Assembly: GCA_938041965.1 (NCBI GenBank)
Contig: CALISE010000019.1
Location: 16,611-80,610 of the forward strand
Direction of reading: 5' to 3'
DNA length: 64,000 nucleotides
From: an uncultured Mogibacterium sp.
GTDB lineage: Bacteria; Bacillota; Clostridia; Peptostreptococcales; Anaerovoracaceae
Position 1 is the first letter of the stretch. Every line of letters starts with the position of its first letter. Of this stretch, positions 19,996 through 29,483 are shown piece by piece. The position numbers were made by a program, and so were the translations under genes. The notes under the pieces are model-generated. The model worked only from the letters and a program-made list of their open reading frames with translations. It made no database searches and was not told the DNA's origin.

Positions 19996-20712
19996 ATGGA
20001 CAAGAGCATGGAAATTAAGAATGGTGAAAGGAAAAATCAAGACAAGAGCAAGGTTATGCTCGTTTTTGACTATGATGGTACCATTCAAGAAACTATTAAG
20101 ATTTATGCACCAGCTATTTTTGATATAGCGAAAAGGCTGAGGACGATATATGATGTTCCAGTCGAAAATCCTAGCTATGCGCGCATGGAGAGCTGGCTGG
20201 GGCTTAAAAATGACGAGATGTGGGCAGACTTCGCCCCAGCGCTCCCTACGGCCGCTAAGGCGGCCGCATCGGCGCGGGTCGGCGCCTACATGCGCACTCT
20301 GGTTCGCGATGGTGCTGATCCCTGGTATTCTGGTGCTCGTGACACACTAGACAGGCTCAAAAAACAGGGATACAGGATGATGATACTGAGCAACTCAGAT
20401 CACGAGTATGCGGAATTCAACAGAAAGAGATTTGACACGGATAGATGGTTTGAGAGATATATAGATTGTGAATCCTGGGATTGGCAGTCTAAAGCCGATG
20501 TGTTAAGCTCTATAATAAGTAATGAGCCTGACTTAACATATGTTATGATTGGGGATAGGTTCAATGACCAAGAAGCGGCAGTGAGGAACAATATATTGTT
20601 TGTCGCATGTGAATATGGATACGGTAAGTCCGGAGAGCTTGATGAGGCTGATGCGAGAGCTTATTCAGTTGTTGAGCTACCGGAGATTATTGTTAGATTA
20701 ACTGATTATTAG
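19996..20712 (+). CDS. HAD-superfamily hydrolase
   Basis: FDYDGT, LSN, K, MIGDRFND motifs; exact start uncertain. Confidence 0.85.
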   Translation: MDKSMEIKNGERKNQDKSKVMLVFDYDGTIQETIKIYAPAIFDIAKRLRTIYDVPVENPSYARMESWLGLKNDEMWADFAPALPTAAKAAASARVGAYMRTLVRDGADPWYSGARDTLDRLKKQGYRMMILSNSDHEYAEFNRKRFDTDRWFERYIDCESWDWQSKADVLSSIISNEPDLTYVMIGDRFNDQEAAVRNNILFVACEYGYGKSGELDEADARAYSVVELPEIIVRLTDY

Positions 20713-20721
20713 GGGGTTAAG

Positions 20722-21321
20722 ATGAACATTGTATGCTTAGATATGGAAGGTGTATTGGTACCTGAGATTTGGATTGCCTTTGCGGAAGAGACAGGCATCG
20801 AGGAACTAAAGAAGACTACTAGAGAGGAGCCAGATTACGACAAGCTAATGAATTACAGGCTTGATATCTTGAGAGAGCATGGCCTTGGCCTCAAGGAGAT
20901 TCAGGATGTAATCGCTAGAATTGATCCACTACCAGGAGCAAAGAAATTTTTAGATGAACTTCGTGCAACTACTCAGGCTATAATTCTCAGCGATACATTT
21001 TCACAGTTTGCTCAGCCACTCATGGCTAAGCTAGGATGGCCGGCTCTATTCTGCAATGAGCTGATTATTGGTGAAGATGGAATGATAGAAGGCTTCAAGA
21101 TGCGCTGCGAGAAGTCAAAGCTCACAACAGTGAGAGCCCTTCAATCATGCGGTTTTGAGACAATTGCGGCAGGAGATAGTTTTAACGACCTAGCTATGAT
21201 TGAAGCAAGCAAAGCGGGTTTCCTATTCCGAAGCACAGACTCCATCAAAGCTGACTGCCCACAGTTCCCAGCTTACGATGAGTTTGATGACCTACTAGGT
21301 GCGATTAAGAAGGCACTATAG
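20722..21321 (+). CDS. thrH: Phosphoserine phosphatase / homoserine phosphotransferase
   Basis: CLDMEGVLVPEIW, ILSDTF, AAGDSFND. Confidence 0.92.
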   Translation: MNIVCLDMEGVLVPEIWIAFAEETGIEELKKTTREEPDYDKLMNYRLDILREHGLGLKEIQDVIARIDPLPGAKKFLDELRATTQAIILSDTFSQFAQPLMAKLGWPALFCNELIIGEDGMIEGFKMRCEKSKLTTVRALQSCGFETIAAGDSFNDLAMIEASKAGFLFRSTDSIKADCPQFPAYDEFDDLLGAIKKAL

Positions 21322-21391
21322 GGCTGTAAATTTAAAGCAAGTATAGATTGCCTTTAATTAACTAGCTAATTATATATAAGAAGACTAAGAT

Positions 21392-21418
21392 GCATCGCCA
21401 TTACTGGCGGTGCTTTTT
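21392..21418 (+). terminator. Intrinsic terminator
   Basis: GCATCGCCA-TTAC-TGGCGGTGC-TTTTT. Confidence 0.7.
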
Positions 21419-21555
21419 AGTGTGCAAAATTTCTAGAAATTTAATCAAAACAAGATCGAGCAATATTTCGTAATGACTACGAAAAAATCGAGAGCCCAAC
21501 AATCAGAGCTCTCGATTTTTGTGTTGATATTCATAGCAATATATCTAGCAAATTG

Positions 21556-22875
21556 TTAGTTAGATAATTTCAGTTCGTCTTTTCTAGTAGCAGAATATAT
21601 GCCTCCGACTACAGCGCCAACCAGTGCAGGCACAACCCAGCCAAGCGCAAGCTTAGTGAATGGAAGGTCACCTATGAAACCGAATGGAAGGCCGAATCCA
21701 TTCAGAACTGAGAGTAGGCTCGTAGCAAATGCAGTATAAGCGGCTACACCGCCAACGTATTTGCTTGTAATCCACTTATCAAGTACGGCGAATATTACCA
21801 GAACTATAAGCGGTGGATAAAATGCGCTGAGTATCGGTGCTGCAAGCGCGATAATCTTATCCAGGCCAAGGTTGCTCATAAAGAAGCTGAATCCGATAGT
21901 AACTAGTATTACTGTTCTGTAGCTAACCTTTCCGTTTGATAAACCAGCAAAGTAGTCGCCGATTACAGATGAAAGTCCAATCGAAGTTGTTAGACATGCT
22001 AGCAGAATTATAATCGCTAGAGCGATAACTCCCCAGCCACCGAGAAGTCTGTTTGTAATAGCGATTAGAAGTGGTGCCTGTGCAAGGCCTGCAAAATGGC
22101 TATCGCTTGTAGTCGATGCACCGAGGAATGTTAGACCTCCATATACTAGTCCAAGTAGGACTGTCGAAATGATATCTGCACCAGCTACTAGCTGTTTTAC
22201 ATCTTTCTTATCAGTAAAGCCATATTTCTTTGCAGCAACTATGAGGATTATAGTTACCGTTACTCCGCCAATACCGTCGAGTGTTTGATAACCGTTAACA
22301 ATTCCTGTCTGGAATGGAACAAGATCCTTTGTTCCGATAGGTGCACCGATTGGATTTACGATTCCGAGTATGATTAGAATGACCATAACCAGAAGTAAAA
22401 GCGGTGTAAGGAATTTTCCTATAACATCTACAACACCAGAAGGATTGAGTGCAAGAATAGCAGTCAATGCGAAGAACGCGAGACTGAATGCCCATAGCGG
22501 AACGCCTGGTAGCAGTCCCTTAATACCCATCTCATAAGTCGTAGCGGATGTTCTTGGAATACAGATGATCGGTCCGAGTAGAAGTAGTATGATGGATACG
22601 AATACCTTGCCAGGTATTGTTCCAATCTTGTTAGTTACTCCGTCTACCGTTCCTTCTCTGTTAGCAACAACAGAATAAATAGCTAAGGCAGCTAGTCCAA
22701 CATCCATGATGAAAAATCCTAAAAATCCTACTAGCCAATTGCTCCCTGTCTGCTGACCGAGGAATGGCGGAAATATAAGGTTACCAGCGCCAAATTGAGT
22801 TGCGAAAAGAGCAAGACCCATGGTCACAATAATAGGACCTTTTGCCTTTGGTTTTGGTTTTGAATTATCTTTCAT
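21556..22875 (-). CDS. brnQ: Branched-chain amino acid:cation symporter (BrnQ family)
   Basis: GLALFATQFGAGNLIFPP, IPRT, GYQTLD, LACLTTSIGL; SD GGAGGG before ATG 22875. Confidence 0.88.
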   Translation of the reverse strand: MKDNSKPKPKAKGPIIVTMGLALFATQFGAGNLIFPPFLGQQTGSNWLVGFLGFFIMDVGLAALAIYSVVANREGTVDGVTNKIGTIPGKVFVSIILLLLGPIICIPRTSATTYEMGIKGLLPGVPLWAFSLAFFALTAILALNPSGVVDVIGKFLTPLLLLVMVILIILGIVNPIGAPIGTKDLVPFQTGIVNGYQTLDGIGGVTVTIILIVAAKKYGFTDKKDVKQLVAGADIISTVLLGLVYGGLTFLGASTTSDSHFAGLAQAPLLIAITNRLLGGWGVIALAIIILLACLTTSIGLSSVIGDYFAGLSNGKVSYRTVILVTIGFSFFMSNLGLDKIIALAAPILSAFYPPLIVLVIFAVLDKWITSKYVGGVAAYTAFATSLLSVLNGFGLPFGFIGDLPFTKLALGWVVPALVGAVVGGIYSATRKDELKLSN

Positions 22876-23091
22876 TGTCCCTCCTATAATAAAAGTAATC
22901 ATAAAGTGTTTATTTACAATTAAAAAAGATAGTTATTACTATATAGTAACCATTTAAGAACCAGTACCGAAATATAGTCATATACCTAGTACTTTTTGGA
23001 ATAACAAGGTTTAATCTAACGTGTTGGTGTGTTATAATCGCTGTAATTTCAAGCATATTACAAATTATGATTAATTTTAGGAAAAAGACAA

Positions 23092-23973
23092 ATGGATTTA
23101 ATCAAACTAAAATATTTTATTGCAGCTGCAGAACTGTTGAATTTTTCTAAAGCTGCTGAAGCTTGCAACATCACGCAAACTGCAATAGGCAAGTATATTA
23201 ATAAATTAGAAAATGAAATCGGATGCTCTCTATTCTATCGAACTAATAAGGGCGTCAGCTTGACTGAAGCCGGGGAAAAATTCTATTCAGGTGTAAAAGA
23301 GATAACCGAGCAGTATGAGGACTTATTAAAACAAATTGAAACTGAGACAGATAAGCTTCTTAGAATTGGAATCGCAGGTGACTACTTACCCGTAAATTTT
23401 TTAAGAAAGTATAAAGCTATGAATAGGGACATTTCCTTGGAGGTGGAATTTAAGGATAAAGACCAATTGATTAACATGCTGGAGAGGGAATCGATAGATG
23501 CGATGATTATCCCAGATGTTACAATGCTTAGTGAAAATACAATTGGTATAGAGAAGGTGGAAATAGGAGCTGCACATGATGTCATATGCTGCTCTCAAGA
23601 AAGCGTGATTAAATACGGAAGTGTCGGGAAAGTCATTGAGAATTTACCTCTTATCACCAAAGCGGTTGAAAGTGAATATCATGAGTACTGCAGAGATAAT
23701 CTCAAAAGCATATACAATAGCACTTTTTCGGATGTACGTGTTGTTGATACGGTGTCGAATCAGACTACTTTAATTGCACTTGGGCAAGGGTTTGCAATAA
23801 TGCCAAAAGAGGAGATGACGCCAATTGAAGATATGTATATGGAAGGATTAGGTGAGAGATTTACAGAGATTCTACTACTAGTCTATATGTCAAAAAACAA
23901 GAATCAGTCACTTCGCGATTTATTGAAATTTGTAAGCAAAAGTAATAGTGATGGTGAATCCTTATTTGGATAA
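23092..23973 (+). CDS. LysR family transcriptional regulator, divergent from brnQ
   Basis: LKYFIAAAELLNFSKAAE...LENEIGCSLFYRT...LTEAG. Confidence 0.92.
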   Translation: MDLIKLKYFIAAAELLNFSKAAEACNITQTAIGKYINKLENEIGCSLFYRTNKGVSLTEAGEKFYSGVKEITEQYEDLLKQIETETDKLLRIGIAGDYLPVNFLRKYKAMNRDISLEVEFKDKDQLINMLERESIDAMIIPDVTMLSENTIGIEKVEIGAAHDVICCSQESVIKYGSVGKVIENLPLITKAVESEYHEYCRDNLKSIYNSTFSDVRVVDTVSNQTTLIALGQGFAIMPKEEMTPIEDMYMEGLGERFTEILLLVYMSKNKNQSLRDLLKFVSKSNSDGESLFG

Positions 23974-24015
23974 ATTTGGAGAATTAAAGAATAAAATAAT
24001 CCTTAGTATAAGTAA

Positions 24016-24051
24016 AAAATCCCTGGATTCTGATAGAATCCGGGGATTTTT
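24016..24051. terminator. Bidirectional terminator
   Basis: AAAAATCCCTGGATTC...GAATCCGGGGATTTTT. Confidence 0.75.
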
Positions 24052-24064
24052 AAGTTCAGTAAGA

Positions 24065-24460
24065 TTAACGCTTCGAGAACTGGCTAGCTCTTCTAGCTTT
24101 CTTGAGACCGTACTTCTTTCTTTCCTTCATACGAGGGTCTCTCGTTAGGAATCCAGCGGCCTTAAGTGCTGGTCTGTTAGCCTCAGCATCTACTTCACAA
24201 AGTGCTCTTGAGATACCGTGTCTAAGTGCTCCAGCCTGTCCTGTTGTACCACCACCGTTAACTAGTGCGATTACATCGTACTTTCCAGTTGTTCCTGTGA
24301 TTTCAAAAGGTCTCTTAACCTCATTTTTGAGAACTTCAAGTCCGAAGTAATCTTCGAGGTCCTTCTTGTTTACAACGATTCTTCCTGTTCCAGGGAGTAA
24401 TCTGACTCTAGCAATTGAAGATTTTCTTCTTCCTGTTGCCTGATACATTTCTTTAGCCAT
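24065..24460 (-). CDS. rpsI: 30S ribosomal protein S9
   Basis: [31 protein letters not shown]. Confidence 0.98.
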   Translation of the reverse strand: MAKEMYQATGRRKSSIARVRLLPGTGRIVVNKKDLEDYFGLEVLKNEVKRPFEITGTTGKYDVIALVNGGGTTGQAGALRHGISRALCEVDAEANRPALKAAGFLTRDPRMKERKKYGLKKARRASQFSKR

Positions 24461-24477
24461 CTTCTAATCCTCCCTTC

Positions 24478-24906
24478 CTAGAATGTCCACTCTTCAGGAT
24501 TTTGTGCAGCATGTGGATGCTCAGGTCCTGCGTATACCTTTAGCTTCTTGAACATCTGTCTGCCGAGCTTACCCTTAGGCATCATGCCCTTAACAGCGTG
24601 ACGGATGATCTCTTCTGGCTTCTTAGCGCGAAGTTCTGCAAGAGTTGTCTCCTTGAGACCACCTGGATATCCACTGTGGCTCTTGTAAATCTTCTGCTTT
24701 TCCTTCTTGCCAGTTACTGCTACCTTCTCAGCGTTTACAACAACTACGTAATCTCCGCAGTCAACGTGAGGTGTGTAGATAGGCTTCTTCTTTCCTCTTA
24801 GGATCATTGCAATCTCAGCTGCAACCTTACCTAGAGTCTTGTCCTCTGCATCGATAACATACCACTTGTGGTCGATATCTGCAGGCTTAGCGATGTAAGA
24901 CTTCAT
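24478..24906 (-). CDS. rplM: 50S ribosomal protein L13
   Basis: [37 protein letters not shown]. Confidence 0.98.
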   Translation of the reverse strand: MKSYIAKPADIDHKWYVIDAEDKTLGKVAAEIAMILRGKKKPIYTPHVDCGDYVVVVNAEKVAVTGKKEKQKIYKSHSGYPGGLKETTLAELRAKKPEEIIRHAVKGMMPKGKLGRQMFKKLKVYAGPEHPHAAQNPEEWTF

Positions 24907-25077
24907 TTTCTTTCCTTTCTACCTACTCAGATCTGAAGATCGGTTTCGGCACTGTCTACTTGGATCCGAGGATCTTGTTCGACATACTAAAAATAACTTA
25001 GTGTCGGAGCTACCGGGCAGAGCCCTACTCCATTTGCATAATACGCCTAAAAATTATATTACTCAAAGTGTTCAAAG

Positions 25078-25632
25078 TCAAGCTTTTAAAGCTTTCATTT
25101 CGTTCTGTTCATCCCATTCCTCTACCAGAATAGCCCGAAGTTCCATATCGAAATACTCATTGCTGCGTTTCCCAGCTAACTTGAGTATACCTTCTGTCCT
25201 AAAACCTAGCTTAGTGTATAGGTTCGAAGCGACTTTGTCATCAGGAAAATGAGAAACGGTAACTCTATGTGTACCGAGCTCCTCGAAAGCATGGCGAAGA
25301 AGCGCTTCCATCGATTCTGTTCCGTAACCTTTGCCACGAGCCGCTTCGTCAGCGAGATAAATGATGGCGATATTGAGTGAATCATTGATGGGATCAATGT
25401 TGGTAATATCAATTTTTCCCAGAGGCTTTTTGCTAGACTTCTCAACTATTGTCATCCATTCGCGAGATGGGTCATGAATGACGTTGTGAAATTCGTCTGT
25501 TATCGTATCTAGGTTTCTTTTGCCAGTCGTGCAGAAGTGCTCGATTACGGTTTCTCGCGACTCCCATTCCGCGAAAAGGTCGCAGTCAGCAAAGGATGCC
25601 TTGCGAAGTATGATGTGGTCAGTTTCTATCAA
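25078..25632 (-). CDS. GNAT (RimJ/RimL-like) acetyltransferase
   Basis: RGKGYGTE, LYTKLGFRTEG. Confidence 0.85.
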   Translation of the reverse strand: MIETDHIILRKASFADCDLFAEWESRETVIEHFCTTGKRNLDTITDEFHNVIHDPSREWMTIVEKSSKKPLGKIDITNIDPINDSLNIAIIYLADEAARGKGYGTESMEALLRHAFEELGTHRVTVSHFPDDKVASNLYTKLGFRTEGILKLAGKRSNEYFDMELRAILVEEWDEQNEMKALKA

Positions 25633-25884
25633 GTCGATTCCTCCTCTAGTATCAAGCTTATTAATTTCTTATTATACCAAAAAAATACATAGCTTATCAT
25701 ATATAATTGATGCATTGCACACCTAAATATGTCTCCATGTTATAATTTTAGTGTATATTACGGAGTATTTATTAAAGGGCTTTGCGCTTGTAACAGCTTG
25801 TTTGTTCTTAGATTAGAAAAAAGTGAACAAGGGTGTGAACAAATGACCAATCAATGTGATTAGTTAATCAGTGAGAGTTATCAT

Positions 25885-25980
25885 ATGAGCAATAAGAGCA
25901 AAGGAAATATTGCACTACTAATAGTTGCGATTATATGGGGGAGCGGATTCATCGCTCAGAAGATTGTAGATTACACATAG
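25885..25980 (+). pseudogene. 31-codon N-terminal remnant of an EamA/DMT transporter
   Basis: Translates as MSNKSKGNIALLIVAIIWGSGFIAQKIVDYT*; the AIIWGSGFIAQK helix is typical of EamA TM1; below ORF-track cutoff. Confidence 0.65.
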
Positions 25981-26214
25981 GCGATAAATTTTATTAATAT
26001 AATAAAAATTAATAATAAAAAGTATCAATAGTTGTACACGATGGTATAAGTATGAATTATTGTTAACACTTTTTCCAGTGCGATAGAATGTTAACATAAA
26101 ATACAATACATAGTTATGCCGTTATTCGCGAGATGGGCGCGAATCGTGGTACGACTATTGTTGTTTTTTGTACAAATACACTTATTGACTACAATCAATT
26201 AGGAAAGGAAAGTA

Positions 26215-29200
26215 ATGGTTACGAAGAAGAAAGAATTAAAGGCGAAGGTTTCAGGAGTATTGCTTACAGCTATCCTGATACTCACCATGATGCCGTGGCA
26301 TGTAATGGCTGACGATACCTCCGCTGCAGAGGGCACGGCTGCTGCGAACACTGTAGCTACCGAGAGCGAGGGCGTTTCTAACGAAGTGGCAAGTGCTACT
26401 ACAAGAGATGCAGCACAGAATAAACCAGCTGCGGCTCCTGCGACACCTGCAGGTGAAAAGCCTTTAGCAGCATCTGCATCATCCAAGAAGTTCGTGAAGA
26501 CATCTGTGAAGGTCGTATATAAGGATGGAACTCCTGTTGAAGATGGAACAGCCTTCACACTTGAAGATCCAGATAACAACGACCAGAAGGATTACGAAGT
26601 TAAGAACGGAAAACTAGAATTTCAGCTAATCTCTGACAAGCAGTATCGACTTGGTCTCTCATGGGAAGATGAGAAGATGGATACTCACAAAGTCGTTGAA
26701 GCTGATGCAAATCTTGGCACAATTCCTGTTGCAATCGCATCAAATGGCAAGACTCTAGTATGGTATGACAGACATAACATGAAGCTTCTGGAGAACAAGC
26801 CAGTGACGACCGTCACTCTCAAGGAAATCGAAGACAATGACGAAACCCCATCTGAGCCAAAGCCTGCGGAGAAGAAGAGAGTAGAAAAAGGCGAATTAGC
26901 AAACGTTCGTGACATAGATGTAACTCTAGATGATGGAACACCAATGCCTGACGGTGTTCAGCTAGAACTCATAGATATGAGCAGAGTTGCTGATTGGTCA
27001 TATGAATTTGAAAAATACACTGTTAAGGATGGCAAGATCCACGGCGTTAAGATGAAAGCTGAAACGCAGTATAAGATTGGTATGGACACTGCTAATCCAT
27101 CATATTCTGATTACACAATCGTTGGTGCATATAACAGCAAGCATCTGATGCGTATATATGCAAGATATGAGAACGAGTATCCGCTATACTACGATTATGA
27201 CGAGGGTATAGGCGCACCAGAGAAGCCGATTGCAAAGCTTGTATTCCACAAGGTGAAAGAGCAGAGCGAATTAGAGAATCCTAAATCGAATTCCAACATT
27301 ACAGTTCTAAAGGTTTCTGATGGCGGCTATGTGGCAAAGGCAGGTTTGCCTTTCAGATTAGTTCGTAAGGATAACGGTAAGTCGAAGGTTATCTACAGTG
27401 AGCAGGGTGAAGTTACAATCAATACCGAAGGAAACGTTCCTTACGAGCTTAAGCTAGATGAGAACGATACTTACGTTATGAAGAACAAGATTGAGTTCAC
27501 CATGAAGCAGAATAAGCAGGGCAAGTATAACCCTATTATCGAAGGCTATGATGCTAATGATATAAATGGTTATCTGCAGTGCAATGCTATAGAACTTGTT
27601 AGAAAAGATGGCAAGAAGCCAGGAAGCGATATCGTTAAGCCAGGAGAAAATACTGGAAATAACAACAACGAAGATTGCAATCCATGCGGCGAATGCGAGG
27701 ATTGTGCGAAGTATAAGCCTGAGCAGTATGCGAAGATTTACGAGAAGGAAAAGGTTATTCTCAAGAACATGCCAGTTCTAAGAAAGTCTGGTAACGAGTA
27801 TAAGCCTGTCAAGAAGAAGGTTACATTTATCTTCTATAATGCAACAACTCAGACTATTGAGACTAAAGTAGAGTCAAGTAACGGTGTTCTACCAGATGTC
27901 GAGATGGTTAAGGGCAATAACTATATCGTATTTGCTGAAGATGGCGACTTTGAAATGCCTAACGCATACATGGTGCTAAATAAGACTGGCGAGAAGCCGG
28001 TTCCTTCTAAGGATAACGGAAGAAAAGTAGATGCATTCTACTTGACTCTAAGATCGATGTATGTGAGCAACCCTGAAGCTGCAAAGCGTGTCGCATATAC
28101 ACTTCCAGTTTTCGATAAGGACCACAATCCTATTGATGGTGTAAATATAAAGTTTGTAAGCGAATACGATGAAGTTACAGCAAAGGTTAATGAAGGTGTA
28201 GTTGAATACTCGCTTATTGAAGATCAGAACTACATGGTATATGTAGACGATCCTAGATACACAATCGATTCCTTCCCAATGACTATGAAGGACAAGTCTG
28301 AGTGGGGAGCAGCTAAGTACGCATTCAATCATTTCAGTTGTGGCAGTGTCAACGAGCTTATCCTAAAGCCCAAGAGCGAAGAAGGTAAAAACAATACGCA
28401 GCTTATCGATATAGATAATACAACGGCTGTAACTGGTCTACACTTCGGAAAAGGAGAGTATTTGGTAAGCGTTAGAAAGCTACCTAAAGATACTGTAAAG
28501 GGTCTAGAGGGAAAGGATTATGAAGTTCTAGATATCGACATGATCAACATGTATCGTACAGAGCTATCGAAGCTTGTAAGAGGAAACTTCAAGGTCAGCA
28601 GACTAGTTCCAGATGGCAAGGATGTAAAGCAGGTTTACTACGTTGATAATGAGGGGAAGCTCGTAAAGGTTCCATTCAAGCAGATCTTAGCATCTGACGG
28701 TGGATACATCGTAGCGTTTGATATGCCTTCGATGTCGCTTTACAACAATGTTATCGAGTACACTGACCATAAGCCAGCAGAGCCTGAAAAGCCAGTAACA
28801 CCAGCAGAGCCTGAGAAGCCTGTTACACCTGAAAAACCGGTAAATCCGGTAAACCCAGGAAACAATCAGGGAGATAACAATAGCACACAGCCAAACGTGC
28901 CAACTCCAGGTAATAATGGCGGAAATACTAACGTTTCGCCTGAGTATTATGTAGCGAATGGAAATCTCGCTTGGAACGGTGATGATAACGGGATGCTCAT
29001 AGTTGTTAAGTCTAAGACTGATGACGAAAAGACTTTTGAGAGATTCAAGGGCGTTGAGATCGATGGTAAGGTTGTAGATCCAAGCAACTACGACGTTGTA
29101 AAGGGAAGTGCAAGAATTACCTTACATGCATCATACTTAAGATCTCTAAGACCAGGAAAGCATGCTGTAACCGCTCGTTTCAGCAACGGTTCTGTAAATT

Positions 29201-29385
29201 CGGAGTTTGCAGTAGTTTCTCGCGCAGCTAATAAGGCTCCTAACGGAAAAGCTACTCTAAATGGAAAGAACATCAGAACTGTAGTTAAAACAGGTGACTC
29301 AGCAGGATTTGAGTTTATGTTTGCTTTCGTAATTGCAAGCATGCTACTAGGCGTTGTGGTTGCTATGAGGAAGAAAAACGCATAG
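26215..29385 (+). CDS. Large cell-wall-anchored surface protein with repeated beta-rich domains
   Basis: Signal peptide; about 5 beta-rich repeats; CNPCGECEDC; Pro-rich linker; Ig/X2-like C-terminal domain; VKTGD + TM + RKK tail. Confidence 0.85.
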   Translation: MVTKKKELKAKVSGVLLTAILILTMMPWHVMADDTSAAEGTAAANTVATESEGVSNEVASATTRDAAQNKPAAAPATPAGEKPLAASASSKKFVKTSVKVVYKDGTPVEDGTAFTLEDPDNNDQKDYEVKNGKLEFQLISDKQYRLGLSWEDEKMDTHKVVEADANLGTIPVAIASNGKTLVWYDRHNMKLLENKPVTTVTLKEIEDNDETPSEPKPAEKKRVEKGELANVRDIDVTLDDGTPMPDGVQLELIDMSRVADWSYEFEKYTVKDGKIHGVKMKAETQYKIGMDTANPSYSDYTIVGAYNSKHLMRIYARYENEYPLYYDYDEGIGAPEKPIAKLVFHKVKEQSELENPKSNSNITVLKVSDGGYVAKAGLPFRLVRKDNGKSKVIYSEQGEVTINTEGNVPYELKLDENDTYVMKNKIEFTMKQNKQGKYNPIIEGYDANDINGYLQCNAIELVRKDGKKPGSDIVKPGENTGNNNNEDCNPCGECEDCAKYKPEQYAKIYEKEKVILKNMPVLRKSGNEYKPVKKKVTFIFYNATTQTIETKVESSNGVLPDVEMVKGNNYIVFAEDGDFEMPNAYMVLNKTGEKPVPSKDNGRKVDAFYLTLRSMYVSNPEAAKRVAYTLPVFDKDHNPIDGVNIKFVSEYDEVTAKVNEGVVEYSLIEDQNYMVYVDDPRYTIDSFPMTMKDKSEWGAAKYAFNHFSCGSVNELILKPKSEEGKNNTQLIDIDNTTAVTGLHFGKGEYLVSVRKLPKDTVKGLEGKDYEVLDIDMINMYRTELSKLVRGNFKVSRLVPDGKDVKQVYYVDNEGKLVKVPFKQILASDGGYIVAFDMPSMSLYNNVIEYTDHKPAEPEKPVTPAEPEKPVTPEKPVNPVNPGNNQGDNNSTQPNVPTPGNNGGNTNVSPEYYVANGNLAWNGDDNGMLIVVKSKTDDEKTFERFKGVEIDGKVVDPSNYDVVKGSARITLHASYLRSLRPGKHAVTARFSNGSVNSEFAVVSRAANKAPNGKATLNGKNIRTVVKTGDSAGFEFMFAFVIASMLLGVVVAMRKKNA
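28771..28858 (+). repeat. Intragenic Pro-rich tandem repeat (PAEPEKPVT x2, PEKPV, NPV)
   Basis: CCAGCAGAGCCTGA(A/G)AAGCC repeated. Confidence 0.8.
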
Positions 29386-29420
29386 CTCAAAATGTAAACT
29401 AGGGAACAAAAGCATTATCG

Positions 29421-29456
29421 AATGAGATGGAGTGCTATGCTCCATCTCATTTTTTA
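29421..29456 (+). terminator. Intrinsic terminator after the surface protein
   Basis: AATGAGATGGAG...CTCCATCTCATT-TTTT. Confidence 0.75.
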
Positions 29457-29483
29457 AACTACTTGAAAGAGAGAAAATGGGGA

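Noticed and set aside
20221..20280. High-GC patch in the HAD gene (45 of 60)
   Set aside because: Largely explained by an Ala/Pro/Arg-rich peptide.
24907..25040. L13 ribosomal leader RNA
   Set aside because: Position is right and a GCCCGG motif is present, but I could not build a convincing structure without a covariance search.
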